A stretch of DNA of 61,087 nt from Candidatus Woesearchaeota archaeon (GCA_018221205.1 JAAOYF010000027.1:1-61087), one strand, 5' to 3'; positions 10,405-19,678 are shown, counted from the stretch's first letter. Numbers and translations are program-made. Notes: generated from the letters alone by a model not told the origin.

Positions 10405-11510
10405 AGCGTTTTCTTTTGCTTCTGACTTTTTATATTTTCTCTTTTTTTCGCTTTTTCAAGAAGGATGTTGACCATTTTCTTCTTCTGCACGAAATTATGC
10501 ATCCCTTTATTGAGAAAGAACAGAAAAAGGATCATGATCAAGAGAAAGAAGGAGAAGAGAAGGTTGCTGTTTATCCTGCATTCGTGGCCTTCTGCTATCT
10601 TCAGCAGGCTGCATTCCGACGGAATACAAGTATGGTTGGTGAATGCTTCGGTATCAAGACAGTCCAGCGGATGGCATTCCATATTCAGCGGAAACTCAAA
10701 CATAGTGCAGTTCAATTTTCTGCAGGTGTGGTTGAAGAAATATTCATCTCTCGAGCAGTTCAATAGTACGCAGTCGTGGTCTATGATGTGCGCATTGAAT
10801 CCACAGTCAAGGGGGGCGCATTTGAAATCCACCAGGCCTTCATGAGGCAGGCAATTTGTTGCGGAACAAGTATGGTTGATGGTGAACTCTTCCTCCTCAC
10901 ATCTCAGATCCTTGCATTCATTATCCTCACAAAATTGATTTCCTGAGCAGTGCTCGTTCCTGCAGCATTCATACGGTTTGCAGGTATTGTCCGAGGGATA
11001 TTGGCAGTAAATACAGCTGATCGGCACACAGGAACGATCGATACACCTTTCTGTCCCAGGGCAGTCATCATTCTGGAGACATTGTGTAATGGGGAAACTG
11101 AAATTCAAGTCAGCATAGCAATGGCTCACATATTTTCCTGATTTTCCCCAATGGTCAATATCAGGTACCAAGGTCAGGCAGACATTCGCTACCAGGCTGT
11201 TGTTCCTTGTCGCATTCGGGACTTGTCTGTCTGTTGAAAAAGTATAGGCAAGCGCAGGAATAATGTAAATCGGCTTCGGGGCTTCGAACGTGATGAATTC
11301 TTCATTATCTGCAGCATCTATTATAGAATAGCTCAGTAGATAGAGGGAAGTCTTGCCCTTGCTGAAAATGGTGAGATTGAATTCAGTCTCATGCCCCCTG
11401 ATACAGATATCATTCTCGCACTCCAGCGAAAGATCCAAGAAGTCAGCGGCAGAGACACTCATCGATGCCAGAACTGCCACGATGAGAATCCATTTCAGAT
11501 GCATTTTCAA
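10401..11510 (-). CDS. Secreted Cys-rich repeat protein with C-terminal TM anchor
   Basis: 369-aa ORF with a signal peptide. It carries tandem ~22-aa modules of the form C..L.C...E.F.NHTC....C (for example CEEEEFTINHTCSATNC, CSRDEYFFNHTCRKLNC, CLDTEAFTNHTCIPSEC). C-terminal TM helix (LLFSFFLLIMILFLFFL) followed by a basic tail. Confidence 0.6.
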   Translation of the reverse strand: MKMHLKWILIVAVLASMSVSAADFLDLSLECENDICIRGHETEFNLTIFSKGKTSLYLLSYSIIDAADNEEFITFEAPKPIYIIPALAYTFSTDRQVPNATRNNSLVANVCLTLVPDIDHWGKSGKYVSHCYADLNFSFPITQCLQNDDCPGTERCIDRSCVPISCIYCQYPSDNTCKPYECCRNEHCSGNQFCEDNECKDLRCEEEEFTINHTCSATNCLPHEGLVDFKCAPLDCGFNAHIIDHDCVLLNCSRDEYFFNHTCRKLNCTMFEFPLNMECHPLDCLDTEAFTNHTCIPSECSLLKIAEGHECRINSNLLFSFFLLIMILFLFFLNKGMHNFVQKKKMVNILLEKAKKRENIKSQKQKKTL

Positions 11511-11935
11511 TTTCTCAATACAATAGTATCAACAAGCTTCTTTGTCTTGTTCAGCCACTGTTTTTTCTCTTCGTCCATATCTTCCATGGCAAAGAAATAT
11601 TTTGTGTTATGCTTGTCAAAGACGAAATATTCAGGGGTGCCTTGTGTCTTTGCGCTTATCCTGACAAGTTTTTTGTAAAGCGCTTTCGGCATGAGGGCCG
11701 TTATGGTGGTGAAGCGTTTTGTATGTATATCCATCCTTGCTTTGTGGAAGGGGATTGCTTCTATCACCTGTTCTTTGAAGTGTTCAAGACGTTCATGTGT
11801 TACGCTATGAGAAGTCATCTCCTGATGGAATGAATGGGGATTTTCCTTTTGCTTTCTGAGTTTTTGGATGAAGCGATAATGCCACCTTATTTCATGTTCG
11901 AGATCGAGATTGAAATAGGGACCAGCAGCAAACAC
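11507..11935 (-). CDS. Hypothetical protein
   Basis: 142-aa ORF and first gene of the overlapping minus-strand chain. No recognisable motif. Confidence 0.4.
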   Translation of the reverse strand: MFAAGPYFNLDLEHEIRWHYRFIQKLRKQKENPHSFHQEMTSHSVTHERLEHFKEQVIEAIPFHKARMDIHTKRFTTITALMPKALYKKLVRISAKTQGTPEYFVFDKHNTKYFFAMEDMDEEKKQWLNKTKKLVDTIVLRN

Positions 11936-12024
11936 CCTATACTGAGTTGTCCTAAACTCATCTATTGACTGAGGAATACTATCACCAAGAAAAAATGAGG
12001 AGAGAGAATATATAAACTTAATGC

Positions 12025-12582
12025 CTAATACCAGATGCCGACCACGACAGCATTCACTTCCCTTATCTTAATGGGGTCGATGTAATCAAGATTATCGCCT
12101 TTTGTCCGGAGATAAGGGCCTTTTTCATCTTTGCCTTTCTCAACTACCCTGTGGATGATGATACCATCAACAAAAGGAGAGTCATATGATATGATATCTC
12201 CCACTTCAACTTCATCAATATCATCGACTTTTCTCTCGATGGCATTCGCATCGCTTGTGATGATGGATTCCATAGATCTTGTATCAGTGAAGCGGGCGAT
12301 GATGAATTCTCCTCCAACATCCACCTCTAATGTGTTTCCTCTCACTTTGAAGTCGCTTTCTTTGATCCTGTCTTGAGGAGAAGGCTTTGATTCTGGAACT
12401 TGTCCCAGCTGCCTAAAAATAATCTCTGAGGGGTCTTCAATTATCCCTGGGGAAATGATCTCTGTATCTGCCGGAAGGTTGATGTTTTCATAGTCGGCTG
12501 AGATAGCTGAGCCTAGAAAGAATCCTCCTGTAAATAAAAGGCCTGCCACTAGGCAGGCCACCACAATACGTACCCCCAACAT
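12025..12582 (-). CDS. Signal peptidase I-like protein (archaeal S26B type), atypical
   Basis: 185-aa ORF with an N-terminal TM helix. C-terminal VGDIISY, IIHRVV and TKGDNLDYIDP boxes match archaeal Sec11-type peptidases. The Ser box is degenerate (TRSMESII) and follows an unusually long linker. Confidence 0.55.
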   Translation of the reverse strand: MLGVRIVVACLVAGLLFTGGFFLGSAISADYENINLPADTEIISPGIIEDPSEIIFRQLGQVPESKPSPQDRIKESDFKVRGNTLEVDVGGEFIIARFTDTRSMESIITSDANAIERKVDDIDEVEVGDIISYDSPFVDGIIIHRVVEKGKDEKGPYLRTKGDNLDYIDPIKIREVNAVVVGIWY

Positions 12583-12740
12583 AGATGAGAGAGGCGTTTT
12601 TCGCTTTAAAAGGTTTATGCTTTTTTGCTACTAAAAAATAGTAAAAACTGATTCTTATTGCCGTTACACAACCTTTAAATATATTCGAACTGGAGTTTGC
12701 ATTAAGCTAGATAGTGTAATATCATAAAAAAAGAGGATGT

Positions 12741-13850
12741 ATGTGGCCATTTAAGAAAAAACCCAAGGCACCTGTCCCTGGAGAAGAGCCAGGAGGTGCA
12801 GTTGACGAGGATAGCGAAGAAAAGGGATTCCAGATTCCAGAAGATGCTACGTTAGCCCAGAAGATCAATCTTATCGGTGTTGAATTGACCAAAGTCAATG
12901 CGACACTTGAAAGTTTTAAGGAAACGAGAAAGAGCACTACTGAACGATTTTCTTTGATGAATGAACAGGTCGGAGAGATCCGGGGCCAGCTGATGGATAC
13001 GAACAAGACCATCGGCCAAATAGAGGTAAAGGCCACTAAAGCGACTGATCTTGTTGAATCTGTACAGCCGGATAAGATGATGATATCTCTGCAGCGTACA
13101 GATGGCAAGATCGAGGGTGTCAGGGCACAGCTGGAAGCGAAAGATGCGATGATGAAGAATATCATGGAACAGCTGAAAGGCATGAGAAGCCAGATGTCCT
13201 TGTTCAAAGGTGTAGAGCAGATCATCAAGCTTAATGAAGATGTGAAAGATGAGATCATGAATGCCAAAAAGACCGTTGCTATGGTCGAGCGGCATGCTGA
13301 CAAAGTCGAGAATGTCTTTATTGAATCCCAGAAAAGCTTTGAGGAATTCAACAGATTTGCGAGTACACTTGAAAGTATCAGAGCAGACATCAAGGATCTG
13401 CAGACCAAAACAGAGAAGACTGAAGTGAAGACCGGCACGTTCTTGATCAAGAAGGAATTCGAGAAGAAGTTCGATAAGATGGAGCAGGATCATAAGCAGA
13501 CCATGGATCTTGTGAAGAAGCTGCAGAAGCTTGAGAAGAATCTTACGACTGAGTTTGAGGAGGCTAAAGGTGAGATCAAAGGGAAGTTTGATCATGCCAT
13601 CGAGAAAGCTGAGATGATGAGTAAAGCGTTTGAGACGATTCTTGTAGAAAATCCTATGTTCGCCAAAGGCCTTGACCTCGAGAAGTATCTTGAAAAGCAC
13701 CTTTCTGGAGAAGAAAAGCCTGCGCCTAAGAAAGAGGAGAAAGAAGAGAAAAAAGAGGGCGAAGAAGGAGAGGAGAAAGAAGAAGGCGAGGCTGAGGAAG
13801 GCGAAGAGAAAGAAGAAGATAAAGAAGATTCTGAAGAGAAGAAAGAGTGA
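12741..13850 (+). CDS. Coiled-coil protein with acidic E/K-rich C-terminal tail
   Basis: 369-aa ORF with long heptad-like helical segments and a terminal EEKEEKKEGEEGEEKEEGEAEEGEEKEEDKED tail. The antisense ORFs are shadows. Confidence 0.5.
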   Translation: MWPFKKKPKAPVPGEEPGGAVDEDSEEKGFQIPEDATLAQKINLIGVELTKVNATLESFKETRKSTTERFSLMNEQVGEIRGQLMDTNKTIGQIEVKATKATDLVESVQPDKMMISLQRTDGKIEGVRAQLEAKDAMMKNIMEQLKGMRSQMSLFKGVEQIIKLNEDVKDEIMNAKKTVAMVERHADKVENVFIESQKSFEEFNRFASTLESIRADIKDLQTKTEKTEVKTGTFLIKKEFEKKFDKMEQDHKQTMDLVKKLQKLEKNLTTEFEEAKGEIKGKFDHAIEKAEMMSKAFETILVENPMFAKGLDLEKYLEKHLSGEEKPAPKKEEKEEKKEGEEGEEKEEGEAEEGEEKEEDKEDSEEKKE

Positions 13851-13853
13851 TTT

Positions 13854-14093
13854 CTATTTTTTTGATAGTCCCTTATGCCTTGCAAGTGCAAGGAAGTGGC
13901 CTATGGCGACTGAGACTATTGCAATAGCAACTGTTACTGGGTATGTGTCGATTCTGAGCGTTCCGAATCGATAGAATGGTTTAGATCCGATAACCATAGC
14001 ACGAGATGTGAAATTAAGTGAGAGAAACCATAAGACTATGAATATAACAATGGAGTAAATGATGGCTTCTATCCATGCTCTTTTAGGGTTCAT
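13854..14093 (-). CDS. Small membrane protein
   Basis: 79-aa ORF with two predicted hydrophobic helices. Confidence 0.35.
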   Translation of the reverse strand: MNPKRAWIEAIIYSIVIFIVLWFLSLNFTSRAMVIGSKPFYRFGTLRIDTYPVTVAIAIVSVAIGHFLALARHKGLSKK

Positions 14094-14155
14094 AGTTGTT
14101 CATTAACCTTTTCCAATTTATATTTTTCGATTTATTATACAATACTTTTTTAAAG

Positions 14156-14183
14156 ATAGCTATAAATAGCTATAAATAGCTAT
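14156..14183. repeat. Tandem 10-nt repeat TATAAATAGC (two perfect units plus flanking partial units) abutting an ATG
   Basis: Read directly: ...aaagatagc tataaatagc tataaatagc tATGagc. The units are TATA-box-like and sit immediately upstream of the 53-aa ORF. Confidence 0.8.
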
Positions 14184-14343
14184 GAGCAGACGGACGGTCA
14201 AAGGGAAGATACATCTGAAGCCTATTGAGTTCTCGGAAATCATTGAAGTTGAAGTGAAACGAGCTAATGAGAGCAGCGGAAGAGTGTATCTTCCTGCGAA
14301 ATATATCGGAAAGAAAGTCTTTGTGCTTGTCAACAAAAAATGA
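14182..14343 (+). CDS. 53-aa AbrB/DUF2080-like micro-protein (not in the ORF track)
   Basis: Hand translation gives MSRRTVKGKIHLKPIEFSEIIEVEVKRANESSGRVYLPAKYIGKKVFVLVNKK. The GRVYLPAKYIGKKVFVLV segment resembles the archaeal DUF2080/SpoVT-AbrB-like family. Its stop overlaps the next ATG (ATGA). Confidence 0.45.
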   Translation: MSRRTVKGKIHLKPIEFSEIIEVEVKRANESSGRVYLPAKYIGKKVFVLVNKK

Positions 14344-16613
14344 AGAGAATAGCGGTTTTCGGTGTGATGGCCTTGTTTTTTATAGTCTTCAGCTCAGCCT
14401 ACCTGTTCTGTGATCCTGAGATCGAGGACTGTCAAAATATCATTGATAGGGTGTGGGATAATTATGCTATCTTCAAGAAAGACAAGAACATCTTTGTGAA
14501 TTTCACCATTCCTGATAATGCTACTGGGAGTGATGTTCAACTGAAAGCATTCATCCCACCCTGGACGAGCTTCAATCTTAGCTGTTATGGCGGCGGGACA
14601 TGGCAGACTGTTGTCAGCACTGAAGAGGGTCTGGAGAGACTCTCTTTAGCGCCTATCTGTTCTCCCAAGCCGAACATATATCGTATCTGGAGAATCAATA
14701 ACCCTAATAAGATCCCTGTAACTTATTCCTGGCAGCTTTATGGAAGCAGTCTCAATGGGAGTGCTGTCGCCTATCCGGGTGAGTCTTATATCAATACGAC
14801 GGCAATCTCAGGATTGAACACTTTGCGTATCTTTGTCCGGAGCAAACTGCATGATATGAGGAGCAGCGACAGTTCGACGTGTTTCCAGGATTATAAGTCA
14901 ACATTCTTCCTCAATGAGAATTATACGGTACCTGCATCCTGTATGGCAGATGAGGAATTGCAATTACACTTTCGAGCCTTTGGAAAGGGTATCTTCACAC
15001 CGGTCTGGATATATGAATTGACTGTCTGGTGGACCAGCGTCAGCTATTCTGAGTTCACTGGTAAGGGCGAGACGACTGATCTGAGCAATCTGACGAGCGG
15101 GGATCAAGAGATGCCTGATCTGGTGCTTGATGACGGAATCGACGGCAAGATAACATTCAATATTCCTGTCGGCATCAACGCTTCCATCAATTTTGATGAG
15201 GCTGTCGAGATAAGCTATGCTTCCATCTCTGTTGATACTGAGAGATACCCGAGCCTGAATGCTCCAGCTAACTTGACTATGGAAAATCTGGCCATGATGA
15301 GCCCCCTCATCTTAAGAGATGGGGTAAGGTGCCTTACCTGTCAGATCCTCTCATGGGATACTGGAACAGGGAGGCTGCATTTCTCTGTCCCGGGATTCTC
15401 GACTTATACTGCTGTCGACGGCGCGCAATTGGAGATATGGGATGATACAAATGATGTCCAAGGAGAAAATACTGATCATTATGAGTTTGAGCTTACAGGA
15501 TTCTATGCCAATTTCAGCGATACAGCAGGATTCTCTGTCAATGGAACTGGGATTTTTTGCAATTACACCCAGAACAGCACCGGCTCCTGGAGCTTTCCTC
15601 TGGAGATGGATTTTGATAATATCAGCCACCTCTATGAAGTCAATGAGACCTTTCCCTTTCCAGGAGAATTTTTCTTCAATGTCTCCTGTATAACTAATAC
15701 CTTGTTCAATGTATCTGCAACTGATAATTTTGCCATCACTTCTTCTTTGACCATCAATGAGCACTATTCTGATCCAAGCCAGCCTATTGAAGAGGAGATC
15801 ACCCATATCCTAGCAAATGTCACTGCTAACTTGCCTATACGTTGGGTCAATTTTACCCTTACTGCACCTAATGGTACCATCATCATTGACAATGAAAATG
15901 CTACGTCTGTACTTTGGGATCTCTATAATTCATCAGATTTTTCAGCTGCCGGCTCTGGGAGATGGGTCTGGAATATCAGCGCTTATGATAATTATAGTAT
16001 AGCAAACACCTCAGGGAGCTTTTCTATACAAGCATGGCACATCATCGTCGGTAATCTTTCAGGATCGCTCATCTTGGGCAATTCATTAGGAAAGGCAATC
16101 ACTGAATGGACAGTGAGCAATTCTTCTGGAAGCAACATCTATGTTGCTGATTCTGACAGTACCCTCAATTTTGACAGTCTCATCGCGCTCGGGAGGAATC
16201 TTTCAAACAGTTCACGATTCGGAGATTTTGTTGAGCTAGATGACTTAATGGCCACAACAAATCTGACAGATTCGGTCAATCGGACGTTCACATCCGGAGG
16301 AAGTGTCAAAAAGGAGCATAATTTTACTGTGTTCGGGAGTACAATCTATTATACTCCGATTGTCAACAGCACCAATGTCACTACCTTCTTTACTGGAATC
16401 TTATGGGATTCGAGCGATGATGATAATGGGGGAACGGTAGGGGAATATGATAGTGCAGATCAGGAAGATGTCGTCTTCATCACAGAAGCAACTGAACCGA
16501 GCGATGGGAGCTATGGCTATTATGCATTTGAGATCAGTATACCTGCGAGATTACGGGCATATGTATCAGGTGGAGATCCAAATTCTGTTTCCCTCTATGG
16601 TGAAATAAGGTAG
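14340..16613 (+). CDS. Large secreted surface protein rich in N-glycosylation sequons
   Basis: 757-aa ORF with a signal peptide (MKRIAVFGVMALFFIVFSSAY) and dozens of N-x-S/T sequons (NFT, NAT, NLS, NGS, NTT ...). No TM anchor was seen. Confidence 0.65.
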   Translation: MKRIAVFGVMALFFIVFSSAYLFCDPEIEDCQNIIDRVWDNYAIFKKDKNIFVNFTIPDNATGSDVQLKAFIPPWTSFNLSCYGGGTWQTVVSTEEGLERLSLAPICSPKPNIYRIWRINNPNKIPVTYSWQLYGSSLNGSAVAYPGESYINTTAISGLNTLRIFVRSKLHDMRSSDSSTCFQDYKSTFFLNENYTVPASCMADEELQLHFRAFGKGIFTPVWIYELTVWWTSVSYSEFTGKGETTDLSNLTSGDQEMPDLVLDDGIDGKITFNIPVGINASINFDEAVEISYASISVDTERYPSLNAPANLTMENLAMMSPLILRDGVRCLTCQILSWDTGTGRLHFSVPGFSTYTAVDGAQLEIWDDTNDVQGENTDHYEFELTGFYANFSDTAGFSVNGTGIFCNYTQNSTGSWSFPLEMDFDNISHLYEVNETFPFPGEFFFNVSCITNTLFNVSATDNFAITSSLTINEHYSDPSQPIEEEITHILANVTANLPIRWVNFTLTAPNGTIIIDNENATSVLWDLYNSSDFSAAGSGRWVWNISAYDNYSIANTSGSFSIQAWHIIVGNLSGSLILGNSLGKAITEWTVSNSSGSNIYVADSDSTLNFDSLIALGRNLSNSSRFGDFVELDDLMATTNLTDSVNRTFTSGGSVKKEHNFTVFGSTIYYTPIVNSTNVTTFFTGILWDSSDDDNGGTVGEYDSADQEDVVFITEATEPSDGSYGYYAFEISIPARLRAYVSGGDPNSVSLYGEIR

Positions 16614-16701
16614 ATATGACTTTTCTTAACTCTAGAATTGTTACAAAGTTATTTAAATTACTTTTCAGGATTCACTTAAAGTAGGGTGTGGTATAAGGCA
16701 T

Positions 16702-17373
16702 ATGCCGATTCTTAATCTAAAAAAGAAAGATGGGAAGGATTCTGTAGAGGAAGTTCCGGACGAGCTTCCCTCTTTGCCTGAAGAAAAGAAAGAAGAATCT
16801 CCTGCGGATGCTGAAGAATTGAAAAAAGAAGAAGCGCAGGCAGAAGAAGCTCCGGCTGAAACTGAAGAGAAAGCAGAAGAAGCACCTGCTGAGGAAACCC
16901 CATCAGAAGCTGAGCCAACAGAAGAATTGGCTCCTGATGAACTGCCACCTGTCCAGGAACCGGCAACGGAACAAGCAGAAGAACCCCAGCAGGAAGTGCA
17001 GCAACCAGAGGCGCAGCCTGCACAACCACAAGTCCTTGATGAGAGGCTTTATTTTTCTAAATTAATCGATAGGCTGAATAAAGGAGAAGCTATAGAGGAA
17101 ATCTCAAAAGAGATCCGTGATAAGGATATCATCTCTGCTCTGCGAGGAAATCTCAAGGAGAATCAGCGTCAGGACAAGAAAGGGGATTTTGAGAAGGATA
17201 TCAAGCAGATGATGGTGCAGCTTCAGGTGTTTGAGAGGGATTGGAGTACCCTTAAAGTCGAGCTTGAAGATAAAAAATCGAAATTTGAGGACACTGAAAA
17301 GAAAATCAGGGAGTTTACTGATCAGATCAAGGGTAGATTCTCAGATATTGACCACTTAAAACATCACCACTAA
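16702..17373 (+). CDS. Acidic E/P/A-rich plus coiled-coil protein
   Basis: 223-aa ORF. The N-terminal half is low-complexity (AEEAPAETEEKAEEAPAEETPSEAEPTEE) and the C-terminal half is helical. Confidence 0.5.
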   Translation: MPILNLKKKDGKDSVEEVPDELPSLPEEKKEESPADAEELKKEEAQAEEAPAETEEKAEEAPAEETPSEAEPTEELAPDELPPVQEPATEQAEEPQQEVQQPEAQPAQPQVLDERLYFSKLIDRLNKGEAIEEISKEIRDKDIISALRGNLKENQRQDKKGDFEKDIKQMMVQLQVFERDWSTLKVELEDKKSKFEDTEKKIREFTDQIKGRFSDIDHLKHHH

Positions 17374-17521
17374 TTCTTTTTTATAGGATTTATCGTCGAG
17401 AGATTTCTTACTACACTTTCAAAACGAAATGTTTATATATGAGTATATGAAAATGTATACTAAAATACATAAGTTACTGTCAGTATATCATTACTGTCAG
17501 TGTAGACTAGAGGTAGCGCGA

Positions 17522-17716
17522 ATGGATCAAAACCCCTTCATTGACTTTGTCGGCGAGGAAGTAAAGGCGCCGTATAAGGACGGCAATCAATTGAAGATTG
17601 CAAGGGGAACGCTAACGTCAGTTGATGGCGGTTTTGTCAAAGTTGTGGGCAAACTTGGGACAATAATCATCAACTCAAAGAACATTCAAAAAATGTCCAG
17701 AATCAAGAGACAATGA
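17522..17716 (+). CDS. Small beta-rich protein (possibly Sm-like fold)
   Basis: The track ORF 17429..17716 is trimmed to the internal Met (MDQNPFIDFVGEEV...GTLTSVDGGFVKVVGKLGTIIINSKNIQ), because the upstream part is AT-rich promoter-like sequence. The fold assignment is a guess. Confidence 0.3.
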   Translation: MDQNPFIDFVGEEVKAPYKDGNQLKIARGTLTSVDGGFVKVVGKLGTIIINSKNIQKMSRIKRQ

Positions 17717-17801
17717 AGAGAGAGGTAGAAAAAATGGAAAGCCAAACGTTCCTTAGTAAGTATGCTGTATTCTATTCACAATCATCTGAGGTGAGCCCAC
17801 A

Positions 17802-18662
17802 ATGAAACTAAAAGTCATAGTACTATTGTTGGTCCTTGCAACGGCTGCACTCTATGTTGCTGCCCTTCCAGAAGGACCTTCGACACTGTCTGTTGCATCT
17901 TCATCCAGAAGGATCGTAACTGATGCGTCCAACGTCTCAGCATTGGCGGGGAACGTGTCGCAGCTCAATATCGCAGCTCAATCCACATCACAGTCCTGGC
18001 AAGGCTACTATGGTAATATTACCGGTACACTTGTCTTGGATACCTCTAGCGGATTCAGATTGTATGAGTGGAGTGTCGCTAATCCATCTGGAGAGGTCTA
18101 TGCTACAACTTCAATTACTGTGCCTCAATGGGGCTTCCAGGGTCAGGTAGGAAATATCAGCTGCTGGAATTATACAAGAGGACTTTCAACATCAGATTAT
18201 CCTCATTATGCTGAAGTAGAAGGATGGAACTCCTATGACGGTGAATCACAACAGATCGGCAGCTTCGGCATAGCTCAAAATGCCATCGATGCCATCAACA
18301 ACACCTTCAGAAGAACATCCAATCTGACATTTCCAACATTCTATGTCGGAAACCAACCTATCAATGGCACAGGCAATATTGATGAATGCCCAACATTGTC
18401 TCTCTTCAATGCTACCAACGTATCAACGTATGGAGCAGGAGAGCCTCTACCAGCCGGCCCACAAGAAGGCGGCAGGTACCAGGAAGTGATCCTTATCGAC
18501 CAGGAACCGCCGATGAAACTGCTGTGGACAGCAATCATCGATCTGGATCCGCAACCAGGATTCAATCGAGTCCCTTGGGATTTCGAGATGATTGTCCCAG
18601 AGGATGGACATGGCATAGACACCGCAACGACAGAGTACAACTTTTATGTGGAGTTGGAGTGA
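17802..18662 (+). CDS. Secreted W-x-G-Y-Y-G-N-I-T-G family protein, paralog 1
   Basis: 286-aa ORF with a GAGGTGA ribosome-binding site and a Sec-type signal peptide. Core motif SWQGYYGNITGTLVLDTSSGFRLYEWSVANPSGEVYATT. C-terminal motifs WDFEMIVPE and YNFYVELE followed by the stop. Confidence 0.75.
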   Translation: MKLKVIVLLLVLATAALYVAALPEGPSTLSVASSSRRIVTDASNVSALAGNVSQLNIAAQSTSQSWQGYYGNITGTLVLDTSSGFRLYEWSVANPSGEVYATTSITVPQWGFQGQVGNISCWNYTRGLSTSDYPHYAEVEGWNSYDGESQQIGSFGIAQNAIDAINNTFRRTSNLTFPTFYVGNQPINGTGNIDECPTLSLFNATNVSTYGAGEPLPAGPQEGGRYQEVILIDQEPPMKLLWTAIIDLDPQPGFNRVPWDFEMIVPEDGHGIDTATTEYNFYVELE

Positions 18663-18672
18663 GGTGATGACA

Positions 18673-19545
18673 ATGAAAACCAAACTATTCAACCGGACAA
18701 CATCATTGCTGGTAGTCATCTTGCTTGCACTGACAGCTTTAGTGTATGCTCAGAACCCTGTCGAACCATCAGACCCATCGGACTTCACCTACATCAGCAA
18801 TTCGACGACAAGGTATGCCAATGGAACAGTGTTCAACTATACGAGAGGCTTCATCCACACCATCAACATCTACGAGAAAGCACCAACCCTGAAATGGATT
18901 GGCTATGTCGGAAACATCACAGGCGACTTTGCCTTGCAGGATTCTGACGGCTATTCACTCTATCGATGGAACATCATTTCGACAACAGGAGAAGTATATG
19001 CTACGAAGGAAGGGCCTGGATCAGATTCAGGAGCAGGAAATAATGATGAATCTGATGAAGGAGGTATCCCAGAGTGGGAAAACATCATATGTGCAAATCT
19101 GGAAAATCTGACCCAAGAGGAGATCCTCTGGAACCATACGACAGCTTATGGAGCTATCGCCAATGAGGATGCATATCTTCAGACCTTCAAAGCGAATGGA
19201 GGAGCAGATTTCACTTTGCAAGCTCCATTCTATGTGGGAGCTGATAAGGAGATTGACGGAACCGGGTGCTATGGAGTTAACCTCTATACCAATGACACCA
19301 GGATGGCCAACAACTGGGAAGAAGTCGTACTGATGGATATGTCTTGGGAAGAGGAGAGAGCAGGAGCAGGAACGTTCCTTGATATCCAATGGGACATCAT
19401 CTATGCATCCCTGATTGAAAACAACACCTGGGGATACAGGAACGACTCTCAGACGTATGACTTCCAGATCATGCTGCCTCAGTCAGGTCTTGAAGGAAGC
19501 ACAGTCCCCAACAAAGCATTTTATTTTTATGTCGAGCTTATCTAA
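18673..19545 (+). CDS. Secreted W-x-G-Y-x-G-N-I-T-G family protein, paralog 2
   Basis: Start moved to the Met preceded by GAGGTGA (MKTKLFNRTTSLLVVILLALTALVYA). Core motif KWIGYVGNITGDFALQDSDGYSLYRWNIISTTGEVYATK. C-terminal motifs YDFQIMLPQ and FYFYVELI followed by the stop. Confidence 0.75.
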   Translation: MKTKLFNRTTSLLVVILLALTALVYAQNPVEPSDPSDFTYISNSTTRYANGTVFNYTRGFIHTINIYEKAPTLKWIGYVGNITGDFALQDSDGYSLYRWNIISTTGEVYATKEGPGSDSGAGNNDESDEGGIPEWENIICANLENLTQEEILWNHTTAYGAIANEDAYLQTFKANGGADFTLQAPFYVGADKEIDGTGCYGVNLYTNDTRMANNWEEVVLMDMSWEEERAGAGTFLDIQWDIIYASLIENNTWGYRNDSQTYDFQIMLPQSGLEGSTVPNKAFYFYVELI

Positions 19546-19620
19546 GCTCTTTCTTTCTTCTTTTTTTCTTTGACTAGTTCTCTCTCTATTCTCTTGAGCA
19601 GATAAATTTATATATACCTT

Positions 19621-19678
19621 TACTTACATTATGAGTATGATATTATCTTTTTTGTAATCATACTTACATAATGAGTAT
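19621..19678. repeat. 40-nt-period direct repeat duplicating the start-codon region of the tandem-HTH gene
   Basis: tacttacatTatgagtat (19621..19638) and tacttacatAatgagtat (19661..19678) match at 17 of 18 positions. The second copy contains the real ATG (19671). The first ATG (19630) opens only MSMILSFL followed by a stop. Confidence 0.7.

Noticed and set aside
17734-17805. 23-codon upstream ORF (MESQTFLSKYAVFYSQSSEVSPQ) overlapping the start of secreted paralog 1 by ATGA
   Set aside because: It is too short and has no supporting motif or conservation evidence. It could be a leader peptide, but this cannot be supported from sequence alone.
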